A stretch of DNA of 32,000 nt from contig NC_014972.1 in NCBI RefSeq assembly GCF_000186885.1, forward strand, positions 300,001-332,000, written 5' to 3'. Origin of the DNA: Desulfobulbus propionicus DSM 2032. GTDB taxonomy: Bacteria; Desulfobacterota; Desulfobulbia; Desulfobulbales; Desulfobulbaceae. The notes under the pieces are model-generated. The model was not told the origin of the DNA and made no database searches. It saw only the letters and a list, made by a program, of their open reading frames with translations. Each line of letters begins with the position of its first letter. Position 1 is the first letter of the stretch. Positions 7,969 to 16,760 of the stretch are shown one piece after another. Both the position numbers and the translations under genes were made by a program.

Positions 7969-10053
7969 TCACGCATCCTTTTTCTGCGCGGCAAAGGCCT
8001 TGATCAGCTCATCAGCCACGCCCTTGGGCACCTGTTTGTAGGTGGCGAATTCCATGGTGAACTCGGCCTTGCCCTGGGTAAGCGACCGGAGCGTGGTCGA
8101 GTAGCCAAACATCTCGGCCAATGGCATCTCCGCCTCGACCACGGTATAGTTGCCTTCCTCGAAGGTGCCGATGATCACGCCCCGGCGTTGATTGAGGCTG
8201 CCCATGACCGCGCCCTGGAATTCTGAGGGGCCCTCCACCGCCACCTTCATGATCGGCTCCATGATCACCGGCGCGGCCTTGGCGTATCCCTGCTTGAAGG
8301 CGCCGATGGAGGCCAGCTGGAAGGCGATGTCCGAGGAGTCGACCGCGTGGTAGGAACCATCGTTGATCGCCACCCGGACTCCGGTGATCGGCGCGCCGGT
8401 GAGGGTGCCTTTCTCCAGCGATTTCTGGAAACCCTTGTCGCAAGAACTGATGAATTCTCGCGGGATGACGCCGCCGACGATTTGATCGGCAAACTCGTAC
8501 TCGCCTTCTTCGAGCGGCTCCATGTAGCCGGCAACCCGGCCGTACTGACCGGAACCACCGGTCTGTTTCTTGTGGGTGTAGTCAAATTCGGCCCGCTGGG
8601 TGATGGTCTCGCGGTAGGCGACCTGCGGTGCGCCGACCTCGACCTCGGCCTTGTATTCCCGCTTCATCCGCTCGATATAGACCTCAAGATGCAGCTCGCC
8701 CATGCCGGAGATGATGGTCTCGCTGGTCTCGTGATCGACATAGGTCTTGAAGGTGGGGTCTTCCTTGGTGAAGCGGTTGAGAGCCTTGGACATGTTGATC
8801 TGCGCCTTGTTGTCCACCGGCTTGATGGCCAGGGAGATAACGGGCGCGGGCACATGCATGGAACTCATCGACCAGTTCAGGCCGGGGCTGCAGAAGGTGT
8901 CGCCGGAGGCGCAATCGATGCCGAACAGGGCAACGATATCGCCGGAACCCGCTTCTTCGATCTCTTCCATCTCGTTGGCATGCATCCGCACCAGACGCCC
9001 CACCTTGGCCTTCTTGCCGGTACGGCTGTTGACAATGGTGTCACCCTTCTGGATCACGCCCTGATAGGTACGAATGTAGGTCAGCTGACCGTAGCGGCCA
9101 TCCTCGAGCTTAAACGCCAGGGCCACCAGCGGATCGCTGGGATTGTTGCTGACCACCACCTCAGCCTCGTCCTTGTCCAAATCCAGGGCGGTGTTTTCGA
9201 TGTCCGTGGGGCAGGGCAGATAGGCGCTGACCGCGTCGAGCAGCAGCTGCACGCCCTTGTTCTTGTAGGCCGAACCGATCATCACCGGAGTCAGCTCCAG
9301 GCTCAGGGTGCCGCGGCGGATGGCCTCGTGAATCAATGCCTCGGGAATCTCGGCCTCTTCCAGCATGGCCTCCATCAGCTCGTCGGAGAACATGGACACC
9401 GCGTCGAGCAGTTCTTCCCGTTTGGCTTCCGCCTCTTCGCGCAACTCGGCGGGGATCTCTTCATACCGGATCTTCTCGCCCTGATCGCCGTCGAAGTAGA
9501 CCGCCTTCATGCTGACCAGATCGACCATGCCCGCCAGATCGCTCTCCAGGCCGATGGGCAGCTGAATCATGATCGCGTTGAGATCCAACTTGTCACGCAA
9601 CTGCTGGGTGACGCGGAAGGGATTAGCGCCGGTCCGGTCGCATTTGTTGACAAAGGCGATGCGCGGCACCTTGTAGCGGGTCATCTGGCGGTTGACGGTG
9701 ATGGACTGCGACTGCACGCCGCCCACCGAGCAGAGGATGAGCACCGCGCCGTCGAGCACCCGCAGGGCGCGCTCCACCTCGATGGTGAAGTCGACGTGAC
9801 CGGGGGTGTCGATGATGTTGATGTCATAGTCCCTCCACGAGCAGTAGGTGGCGGCGGATTGGATGGTGATGCCGCGCTCCTTTTCCAGTTCCATGGAATC
9901 CATGGTGGCGCCGACGCCGTCCTTGCCCCGGACCTCATGGATGGCATGGATGCGCTGGGTGTAAAACAGAATGCGCTCGGTCAGAGTGGTCTTGCCCGAG
10001 TCAATATGGGCGCTGATGCCGATATTCCGTACTTTGTTCAAGTCTTTTTTCAT
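7969..10053 (-). CDS. fusA: Elongation factor G, mitochondrial EFG1-like (spdEFG1) subtype
   Basis: 694 aa; [64 protein letters not shown]...[12 protein letters not shown]...VNKCDR. Confidence 0.95.
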   Translation of the reverse strand: MKKDLNKVRNIGISAHIDSGKTTLTERILFYTQRIHAIHEVRGKDGVGATMDSMELEKERGITIQSAATYCSWRDYDINIIDTPGHVDFTIEVERALRVLDGAVLILCSVGGVQSQSITVNRQMTRYKVPRIAFVNKCDRTGANPFRVTQQLRDKLDLNAIMIQLPIGLESDLAGMVDLVSMKAVYFDGDQGEKIRYEEIPAELREEAEAKREELLDAVSMFSDELMEAMLEEAEIPEALIHEAIRRGTLSLELTPVMIGSAYKNKGVQLLLDAVSAYLPCPTDIENTALDLDKDEAEVVVSNNPSDPLVALAFKLEDGRYGQLTYIRTYQGVIQKGDTIVNSRTGKKAKVGRLVRMHANEMEEIEEAGSGDIVALFGIDCASGDTFCSPGLNWSMSSMHVPAPVISLAIKPVDNKAQINMSKALNRFTKEDPTFKTYVDHETSETIISGMGELHLEVYIERMKREYKAEVEVGAPQVAYRETITQRAEFDYTHKKQTGGSGQYGRVAGYMEPLEEGEYEFADQIVGGVIPREFISSCDKGFQKSLEKGTLTGAPITGVRVAINDGSYHAVDSSDIAFQLASIGAFKQGYAKAAPVIMEPIMKVAVEGPSEFQGAVMGSLNQRRGVIIGTFEEGNYTVVEAEMPLAEMFGYSTTLRSLTQGKAEFTMEFATYKQVPKGVADELIKAFAAQKKDA

Positions 10054-10126
10054 GACGCGTTCCTCAATTGCCGCTTCAGGTCGCTCGCTGCGCTGCTTGC
10101 CGTTCGATACTTGTCGGTTGATGAAT

Positions 10127-10161
10127 AAAAAATGGAGTTACAGCAGGTTCTGCAACTCCAT
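10127..10161 (-). terminator. Terminator/attenuator-like hairpin in the fusA leader
   Basis: Minus strand ATGGAGTT-g-CAG-AACCTG-CTG-t-AACTCCAT followed by TTTTT, about 75 nt upstream of the fusA ATG. Confidence 0.6.
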
Positions 10162-10297
10162 GCTCAATACGATGATGGTGCTGGCTAAAAGGTGGGGGAA
10201 AAAGGAAGGGGATCCTTCGCCGCTGTAAAAGCGCCCGCAAACCTGTGTAGACTGCCGTGAAGGGTTTGCTTGTACCTTGCTTTTGATAAAGCTATTT

Positions 10298-10326
10298 TCT
10301 ATAGCGCATGACAAATAATGAGTCAA
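10298..10326 (-). promoter_or_regulatory. Sigma70-like promoter upstream of fusA
   Basis: Minus strand TTGACT (10326-10321), 17 bp spacer, TATAGA (10303-10298). Confidence 0.6.
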
Positions 10327-10664
10327 GAAATTTTTATGGTTTTTTGCCGTGATGCTTGGTTTGTCGATCATGGGGGCGTTGATTGACACCGCGTGCGGGG
10401 CTGGCGATCGATTGGGCAGTTCCTTCAGCTTCAAAAAAGGAGATTTGATGACAAAGGTGAACCATTTTGTCGCAAGGTGGTGACGCAGTCTGCCTGATTG
10501 TTGATCGTCACGAAGGTAACCGCATTGTGTGGCGCTTTTTTTTGGATGTACGGCCAATCGGCCTGGTTGTTGCTCTGGCCAGGTAGTCGCTTGCCTGGTA
10601 TGCGCTGTGATCCTGCTCAGGGCAAGTCGTTGAGAAGCCAACACGAAAACGGAAGGAGATGCCC

Positions 10665-10886
10665 ATGTCGAAAAGAAACGTGGAAGCACTGCTCATCGCC
10701 GGCGGAGCTGACGAGAACATTCGCTGCCGATACGATGCGCTGAAAACCAAGGAAGAATTTGTTGCCCTCGCCGGAGCCGATGGCTATGCCTTTACCGTCC
10801 AAGATCTCGACGCCGTGCTGCGCGAGTCCGGCGATGCGTTTGAATCCTTTGGCAATCCGCCCAAGCGGGTCATCTGGTGGCGCTGA
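10665..10886 (+). CDS. Nif11-like leader domain small protein (possible RiPP-precursor-like)
   Basis: MSKRNVEALLIAGGADENIRCRYDALKTKEEFVALAGADGYAFTVQDLDAVLRESGDAFESFGNPPKRVIWWR. SD GGAAGGAG fits ATG 10665 better than ATG 10659. Confidence 0.7.
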   Translation: MSKRNVEALLIAGGADENIRCRYDALKTKEEFVALAGADGYAFTVQDLDAVLRESGDAFESFGNPPKRVIWWR

Positions 10887-10948
10887 GGGCAGCCGGCGCC
10901 CATCAAGGCGGCAGGGCAGCGCGCCGCAGGGCAAGCAACGGAAAAGGG

Positions 10949-12292
10949 TTAGGGAGGGGATCCTTTTGCCAGCCGTCGGACGTGGGCGCAGGCTTCCTTC
11001 AGGTCAAGGGTCAGTACCCGCCGGTTGTGGACCACTAGCTGGCCATTGACCATCACGGAGCGCACCGCGCTTGCGCAGCCGCTGTATGCCAGCAGATTGG
11101 TACTGTGGAACGGCTGCAGCCAGAGGGGGTGCAGGTCGAGCAGCAGCAGGTCGGCGGGTGCGCCGGGGGCCAGGGTGCCCAGTCCACCACCCAGACCGAT
11201 GGCCTCGGCGCCGCCGTGGGTCGCCATGCGCAGCGCCTCACGGGCTGGAACGGCAGTCGGCTCGTTGGGCCGGACTTTGTGTACTTTAGCGACAAAATCC
11301 ATTTCGCGAAACAGATCGAGATTGTTGTTTGAAGCGGCGCCATCCGTGCCAAGGCCAATCCGCATCCGCCTGTCAATCATCGCTGCAAGGGGTGCCCGTC
11401 CCGAGGCCAGCTTGGCATTGCTTTGCGGACAGCTGATCACGGAGGCGCCTTCTTGGGCCAGCAGGTCAAGGTCGTCCTCGTCCGCCCAGACGCAGTGGAC
11501 ACAAACCGTGTCGCGGTCCAGAATGCCCAGCGCACTTAGGTGGCCAAGGGAAGTCGAGGCCAGCGGTTCGGCGATCAGAGAATGTTCGGTTCGGGTTTCG
11601 GCGGCATGGATAAACAGCGGCACCCCGTGCGCCCGAGCCAGCGCCTTGGCCCGTCGCAAGGTATCGTTGCCGCAGGTGTAGGGGGAATGGGCAAAGATCG
11701 CCGGGGTGATCAACGGATCGCGTCCCTGCCAGCGCTCAAGGAAACGGGCCGCCACCTCAATATTTTGCTTCGGATCTGCGGCACCCGGAGCCGGGAAATC
11801 GAGCACCGCCTGGGCCGCCACGCAGCGTAAGCCGGTTTCCGCGCAGGCGCGCGCTACCTCGTCTTCAAAAAAATAGCCGTCGGCCACGGTGGTGGTGCCG
11901 CTGAGCAGCATCTCGGCAGCGGCCAACTTGGCGCACCAAACAACCATTTCGGGGCAGACCGATTTCGCCTCGGCGGGAAAGATATGGTCATGAAGCCAGC
12001 TGGCCAAGTCCAGATCATCGGCCAGGCCGCGGAACAGGGTCATGGGGGCGTGACAGTGACCGTTGATCAGACCGGGCATGGCCAGTTGTCCCTGTCCGTC
12101 CAGCACTGTCCCGCTGACCCGCGTCGGGCATGCGCTCATCGGGCCGAGCCGCGCGATCTGGCCGTTGGCGACGGCGATGAAGGCCGGCGCGGGCAGGGGT
12201 GCTTCGCCGGGGTCGGGAAGGAGCGTGCAGTTGGTGATCAGGAGATCAATATTCGGAACTGCTTGCACAAAAACTCCGAGATAGTGTATCAC
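10949..12292 (-). CDS. mtaD: Amidohydrolase, 5-methylthioadenosine/S-adenosylhomocysteine deaminase-like
   Basis: MPGLINGHCHAPMTLFRGLADDLDLASWL...FIHAAET..E...LGTDGAASNNNLDLFREM. GTG start assumed. Confidence 0.82.
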   Translation of the reverse strand: MIHYLGVFVQAVPNIDLLITNCTLLPDPGEAPLPAPAFIAVANGQIARLGPMSACPTRVSGTVLDGQGQLAMPGLINGHCHAPMTLFRGLADDLDLASWLHDHIFPAEAKSVCPEMVVWCAKLAAAEMLLSGTTTVADGYFFEDEVARACAETGLRCVAAQAVLDFPAPGAADPKQNIEVAARFLERWQGRDPLITPAIFAHSPYTCGNDTLRRAKALARAHGVPLFIHAAETRTEHSLIAEPLASTSLGHLSALGILDRDTVCVHCVWADEDDLDLLAQEGASVISCPQSNAKLASGRAPLAAMIDRRMRIGLGTDGAASNNNLDLFREMDFVAKVHKVRPNEPTAVPAREALRMATHGGAEAIGLGGGLGTLAPGAPADLLLLDLHPLWLQPFHSTNLLAYSGCASAVRSVMVNGQLVVHNRRVLTLDLKEACAHVRRLAKGSPP

Positions 12293-12414
12293 AGGGGACC
12301 GGCCGTGCCGGGAAGAGAACGCACTATACCCGAATCACCCGCAGCGACAAGAGGCAGATGGTGTTCTCCATCTTCAGGCCCTGGGCTGCTGACCCTTTTT
12401 TTCTCGAGGATTGC

Positions 12415-13512
12415 ATGGGATTTCGTTGTGGAATTGTCGGCCTGCCCAATGTGGGCAAGTCAACGATCTTTAATGCCTTGACCGCCGCGGCCATCGCCGC
12501 GGAGAATTATCCGTTCTGCACCATTGAACCCAATGTCGGCATTGTTCCGGTACCGGACGCGCGTCTTGACCAGCTGGCCGAGCTGGTCAAGACACGGAAC
12601 AAGGTGGCCACCCAGATGGAATTTGTCGATATCGCCGGCCTGGTCAAGGGGGCCAGCCAAGGGGAGGGGTTGGGCAATCAATTCCTAGGCCACATCCGCC
12701 AGGTTGATGCCATCCTCCATGTGGTGCGCTGCTTCGAGGACGACAACATCGTTCATGTCGATGGCTCCATCGATCCCCTGCGCGACGTGGAGGTGATCAC
12801 CACCGAGCTGATCCTCGCCGATCTGGAGACGGTGGAAAAACGCCTGGCCAAGAGCCGCAATCAGGCCAAGTCGGGCGATAAACGGTTGCTGGCCGAGGCG
12901 GCCTTTCTGGAGCGCCTCCAGGCGACGCTCGATCAAGGCAAGCCGGCCCGAACCGTGTTTCCGGACAACGATCAGCAGCGGGATCTGGTGCGCGATCTCT
13001 GCCTGCTGACCACCAAGCCGGTGCTCTATGTGGCCAACGTCGATGAGGGCGATCTGGCCACCGGCAATCGCCACGTCGAACAACTGGGCAAGGTCGCGGC
13101 CGAAGAGGGAGCATCGATGGTGATGATCGCCGGGGCCATCGAGCAGGAACTGAGCCTGCTGGACCGCGAGGAACAGCGCGAGTTCCTTGCCGAGATGGGC
13201 ATGGAGGAGCCAGGGCTGCATCGGCTGATCAAGGCAGGCTATGCCCTGCTGGGCCTGATCACCTTTTTCACCGTGGGCGAAAAGGAGACCAAGGCGTGGA
13301 CCATCAAAAAAGGTACCAAGGCGCCGGGTGCGGCCGGCAAGATCCATTCCGATTTCGAGCGCGGTTTCATCCGTGCCGAGGTCATCGCCTATGACGACTA
13401 CATTGCCTGCGGCTCCGAGACCGTGGCCCGTGACAAGGGGTTGATGCGCTCCGAGGGCAAGGAGTATGTGGTGGCGGATGGGGACTGCATCCTCTTCCGT
13501 TTCAATGTCTGA
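12415..13512 (+). CDS. ychF: Redox-regulated ATPase / Obg-like GTPase YchF
   Basis: MGFRCGIVGLPNVGKSTIFNALT...NYPFCTIEPNVGIVPVPD...; C-terminal TGS region ending EGKEYVVADGDCILFRFNV. Internal ATG 12415 is the canonical start. Confidence 0.95.
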   Translation: MGFRCGIVGLPNVGKSTIFNALTAAAIAAENYPFCTIEPNVGIVPVPDARLDQLAELVKTRNKVATQMEFVDIAGLVKGASQGEGLGNQFLGHIRQVDAILHVVRCFEDDNIVHVDGSIDPLRDVEVITTELILADLETVEKRLAKSRNQAKSGDKRLLAEAAFLERLQATLDQGKPARTVFPDNDQQRDLVRDLCLLTTKPVLYVANVDEGDLATGNRHVEQLGKVAAEEGASMVMIAGAIEQELSLLDREEQREFLAEMGMEEPGLHRLIKAGYALLGLITFFTVGEKETKAWTIKKGTKAPGAAGKIHSDFERGFIRAEVIAYDDYIACGSETVARDKGLMRSEGKEYVVADGDCILFRFNV

Positions 13513-13583
13513 GCCGTAAGACCGGTCGATTTCAACGGTGCCCGTTCCGCCCATGCGGGCGCCGGTGACGAGGAGTTCGTGAT

Positions 13584-14681
13584 ATGGCAAAGAAGATGTT
13601 TGTCGCCCAACTGATCGCCGGCCAACAGTTCCAGGAAGTGTTTTTGGTGGCGCGGAAATCTCTGGCCGAAACCAAGGCCGGCAAGCCCTATCTGGCCCTG
13701 GGATTGATGGACCGTACCGGCGAGGTCGAGGCCCGGGTGTGGGACAATGCCCTGGAGTTTGAGCCCCAGGTCGAGGAAGGCGGCTTTGTCCTGGTGCAGG
13801 CGGTGGCCAAGCCCTTCCGCGACCAGATGCAGCTGGCGGTCATCACCCTTCAGTCGGTGGCGGAGACAGCGGTGGATCTGGCGGATTTCATGCCCGCCAG
13901 TCCCCGGCCGCTGGCGGAAATGGCCGCCGAGCTGGAAGCTGTGATCGCGGGTATTGGCGATCCGCCGTTGCGGGCCCTGTTGTCCGTGATTTTTCAGGGC
14001 GATACCCTCGACCGCTTTCAGCGTGCACCGGCGGCCAAGAAACTGCATCATGCCTATATCGGCGGCCTGATTGAGCATACCCTGTCCATTGTCGCCCTGG
14101 CGGCCAAGATCGCCGGCCATTATCCGTTCATCGATCGGGACATGCTCGTTGCCGGTGCCTTGCTTCATGATCTGGCCAAGATCGAGGAGTTCGATTTTAC
14201 CCGGACGCCCTTTGGCTACACCGATCGGGGGCGCTTGGTCGGCCACTTGGTGTTGGGGGTGGAAATGGTGCGCAAGGCGGCGGAACAGGTCGAGGACCTG
14301 CGCGCCGAGCAGGTGGACCGGCTGATGCACATCATCCTCAGTCATCACGGTCAGCATGATTTCGGCGCACCTGTGCTGCCCATGACCCCGGAGGCCATCC
14401 TCCTGCATCACCTCGACGACATCGACGCCAAAATGCAGTACATGGGTGGTCTGCGGGCGAAGATGAGCGGTTCCGGCTGGCAGTGGACCGAGTACCAGCG
14501 GCACCTGGAACGCTATCTCTATCTGCGGGCGGGCGGCGAGGAAGAGCAGGCGGCTGCCACCCGGGTTGCCCAATCCGGGGCGACCGGCAGCGAGCCGGAG
14601 CCTGAACCCGGCCCCGAGGAATCAATAGCCGCGCCACGAGCCAAAAAAACGATCGACATGCGGCAGCAAAGTCTGTTCTGA
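13584..14681 (+). CDS. OB-fold plus HD domain protein, YhaM-like 3'-5' exoribonuclease family
   Basis: Nucleic-acid-binding N-terminus ...KTKAGKPYLALGLMDRTGEVEARVWDN; HD motifs HHAYIGGLIEHTLSIVALA..LLHDLAKI..HILSHHGQHDFG. Confidence 0.85.
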   Translation: MAKKMFVAQLIAGQQFQEVFLVARKSLAETKAGKPYLALGLMDRTGEVEARVWDNALEFEPQVEEGGFVLVQAVAKPFRDQMQLAVITLQSVAETAVDLADFMPASPRPLAEMAAELEAVIAGIGDPPLRALLSVIFQGDTLDRFQRAPAAKKLHHAYIGGLIEHTLSIVALAAKIAGHYPFIDRDMLVAGALLHDLAKIEEFDFTRTPFGYTDRGRLVGHLVLGVEMVRKAAEQVEDLRAEQVDRLMHIILSHHGQHDFGAPVLPMTPEAILLHHLDDIDAKMQYMGGLRAKMSGSGWQWTEYQRHLERYLYLRAGGEEEQAAATRVAQSGATGSEPEPEPGPEESIAAPRAKKTIDMRQQSLF

Positions 14682-14684
14682 GCC

Positions 14685-15677
14685 ATGGCCTTCTCTGACA
14701 TTCTCGGACAGGCCAAGGCCCTTGCCCTGCTCGACCGTGCCCTGCACAGCGGCCGGCTGGCACATGCCTATCTCTTTGCCGGTCCGGACGGAGTGGGAAA
14801 GACCACCGTGGCCCTGGAATTGGCGGCGGTGCTTCTCTGCCGGGCGCCTCGGGAGGATCGCCCCTGCGGGGTCTGTCCCGGCTGCCGCAAGTTCCAGTCG
14901 GGCAATCATCCCGATTTGGTCCGCATCCGGCCCGAGGGAGCGGCCATCAAGATCGACCAGATTCGGGAATTGAAAAAAGCCCTGAGCTTTCCTCCGCTTG
15001 AGAGCCGACAGCGTGTTGTTCTGCTGGAAGAGGTGCACACCATGCGGCGGGAGGCGGGAAACAGTCTGCTCAAGGTACTGGAGGAGCCACCCGCCGACAA
15101 TATCCTTATCCTGATGGGCAATGCTACCGGCGCGATCCTTGATACCATCGTGTCCCGCTGTCAACTGATTCCCTTTGCGCCGCTCCCCCTTCCCTTGGCC
15201 GCCGAAATTCTCCGCATTCATCGGCCCGAGCTGCACGAGGCGGATCGGTCGGCCCTGGCGGCCCTGGCCGACGGTTGTCCTGGGCAGGCTCTGGCTTTCG
15301 ATGCCGACGGAATATTGACGGTGTATCAGAAAGTTGTGACTGCATGGCTCGCCCAAGGGCAGACGGAGGGCGAGCGGGTGGAGCATGCCCTGGCGCTGGC
15401 AGTGGAACTGGCCGAGACCAAGGAGGGGCTGGAGCCGTTGCTGGCCCTGTTGCGCATCTTCGTCAAGAACGCCATGGCCGCCAGGGCCATGGAGGATGTC
15501 CGTCCCTTCGCCCCCGAGGTGCTGACGGCAAGAGAACGCTGGAATTTGCCCCAGCTATCTGCTAAGATGACGGCCATTGATCTGGCGGAACAAGCACTTG
15601 CCAGAAACTGCAATCGCGGCCTGACCAGTGAAGTGCTGCTCCTGGATCTTTTTGACTGCGGTATCCCTTGGACCTGA
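14685..15677 (+). CDS. holB: DNA polymerase III subunit delta'
   Basis: HAYLFAGPDGVGKTTVALELAAVLLC...CGVCPGCRKFQSGNHPDLVRI...LLEEVHTMRREAGNSLLKVLEEPP. Confidence 0.9.
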   Translation: MAFSDILGQAKALALLDRALHSGRLAHAYLFAGPDGVGKTTVALELAAVLLCRAPREDRPCGVCPGCRKFQSGNHPDLVRIRPEGAAIKIDQIRELKKALSFPPLESRQRVVLLEEVHTMRREAGNSLLKVLEEPPADNILILMGNATGAILDTIVSRCQLIPFAPLPLPLAAEILRIHRPELHEADRSALAALADGCPGQALAFDADGILTVYQKVVTAWLAQGQTEGERVEHALALAVELAETKEGLEPLLALLRIFVKNAMAARAMEDVRPFAPEVLTARERWNLPQLSAKMTAIDLAEQALARNCNRGLTSEVLLLDLFDCGIPWT

Positions 15678-15683
15678 ACCATC

Positions 15684-16664
15684 ATGACAGACGCCGATAT
15701 CGAACCGCAGCTTGTCGAGCCGGCCCCGATTGGGGAAGGCTGCGGCGAGGAAACGGTTCTGCATTACTATAAAATCCGCTTTCGCGAACAAGGGCAGGAG
15801 CTAACCGCCTGTGCCCAGTTGACCGATCTGGTTCGGGGCGACCGGGTCATGGTCCGCACCGAGCAGGGACCAGAGCCCGCCACCGTGGTGAGCCGTTCCC
15901 CCCGGGGAGTGGACAGCGCCATTGCCCGGCCGGTGAATTACCGCATCAATCGGCGGGCCAGCGACGAGGAATGCGAGAAGTACGCGCAACTGCCGCAGCT
16001 GGAACAGCAGGCCTTTCGCCTTTGTCGTCGACAGATCGAGAAGCTGGGCCTGCCCATGCATCTGGTGCGGGTGGAGCGATTTTTCAACGGCTCGAAGATT
16101 ATCTTCTACTTCACCGCCGAAAGCCGGGTTGATTTTCGCGAGTTGGTCAAGGCGCTGGTGCAGGAATTCCGCACCCGCGTGGAGATGCGCCAGATCGGCG
16201 TCCGCCACGAAACCCAGATGACCGGCGGGCTTGGCGCCTGCGGTCGCGAACTGTGCTGCACCGCCTTTCTCAATAAGTTCGACTCGGTCTCGATCAAGAT
16301 GGCCAAGGCCCAGGATCTGCCACTCAATCCGGCCAAAATCTCCGGCCTGTGCAACCGTCTGCTCTGCTGTCTGACCTACGAATACGAAACCTACAAGACC
16401 ATGAAAAAGGGCATGCCCCGGGTGGGCCGGCAGGTTCAGCTCGAGGGCAAGACCTACCTGGTCACCCGACAGATTCCCTTGCTTGGCAAGGTGGCGGCGG
16501 TTTCTTCCGAGGGAGAGGAGCGGTTGCTGACCGAGGAAGAGTGGCGGGCCGCCGACCCGATTGCCAAAAGCACCGGCCGCAAGGGGCCGGGCAAGAAAGG
16601 CGGTTGGTCCAAGCCTGCCGCCATCGACATCTGGGGCATGAAGGACGAGCCAGAGGAGGAGTGA
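15684..16664 (+). CDS. PSP1 domain protein, RicT/YaaT family
   Basis: FNGSKIIFYFTAESRVDFRELVKAL...TRVEMRQIGVRHETQMTGGLGACGRELCCTAFL...NPAKISGLCNRLLCCLTYEYETY. Confidence 0.9.
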   Translation: MTDADIEPQLVEPAPIGEGCGEETVLHYYKIRFREQGQELTACAQLTDLVRGDRVMVRTEQGPEPATVVSRSPRGVDSAIARPVNYRINRRASDEECEKYAQLPQLEQQAFRLCRRQIEKLGLPMHLVRVERFFNGSKIIFYFTAESRVDFRELVKALVQEFRTRVEMRQIGVRHETQMTGGLGACGRELCCTAFLNKFDSVSIKMAKAQDLPLNPAKISGLCNRLLCCLTYEYETYKTMKKGMPRVGRQVQLEGKTYLVTRQIPLLGKVAAVSSEGEERLLTEEEWRAADPIAKSTGRKGPGKKGGWSKPAAIDIWGMKDEPEEE

Positions 16665-16760
16665 CTGTTGACCAGGCCCGGGAGGAGCCGCCTTCTTTGA
16701 CAACCGCCAGCGAACTGATGGGCCAGCCCCCTTTTTATACCTTTTCACGATAATTGCAGC

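Noticed and set aside
8347-10128. 593 aa plus-strand ORF
   Set aside because: Fully antisense to fusA; high-GC shadow ORF with His/Asp/Gly-rich low-complexity composition.
10508-10750. Small minus-strand ORFs in the fusA-Nif11 intergenic region
   Set aside because: No family resemblance, and they overlap the better-supported Nif11-like gene.
13398-14573. 391 aa minus-strand ORF
   Set aside because: Antisense to the YhaM-like gene and the ychF end.
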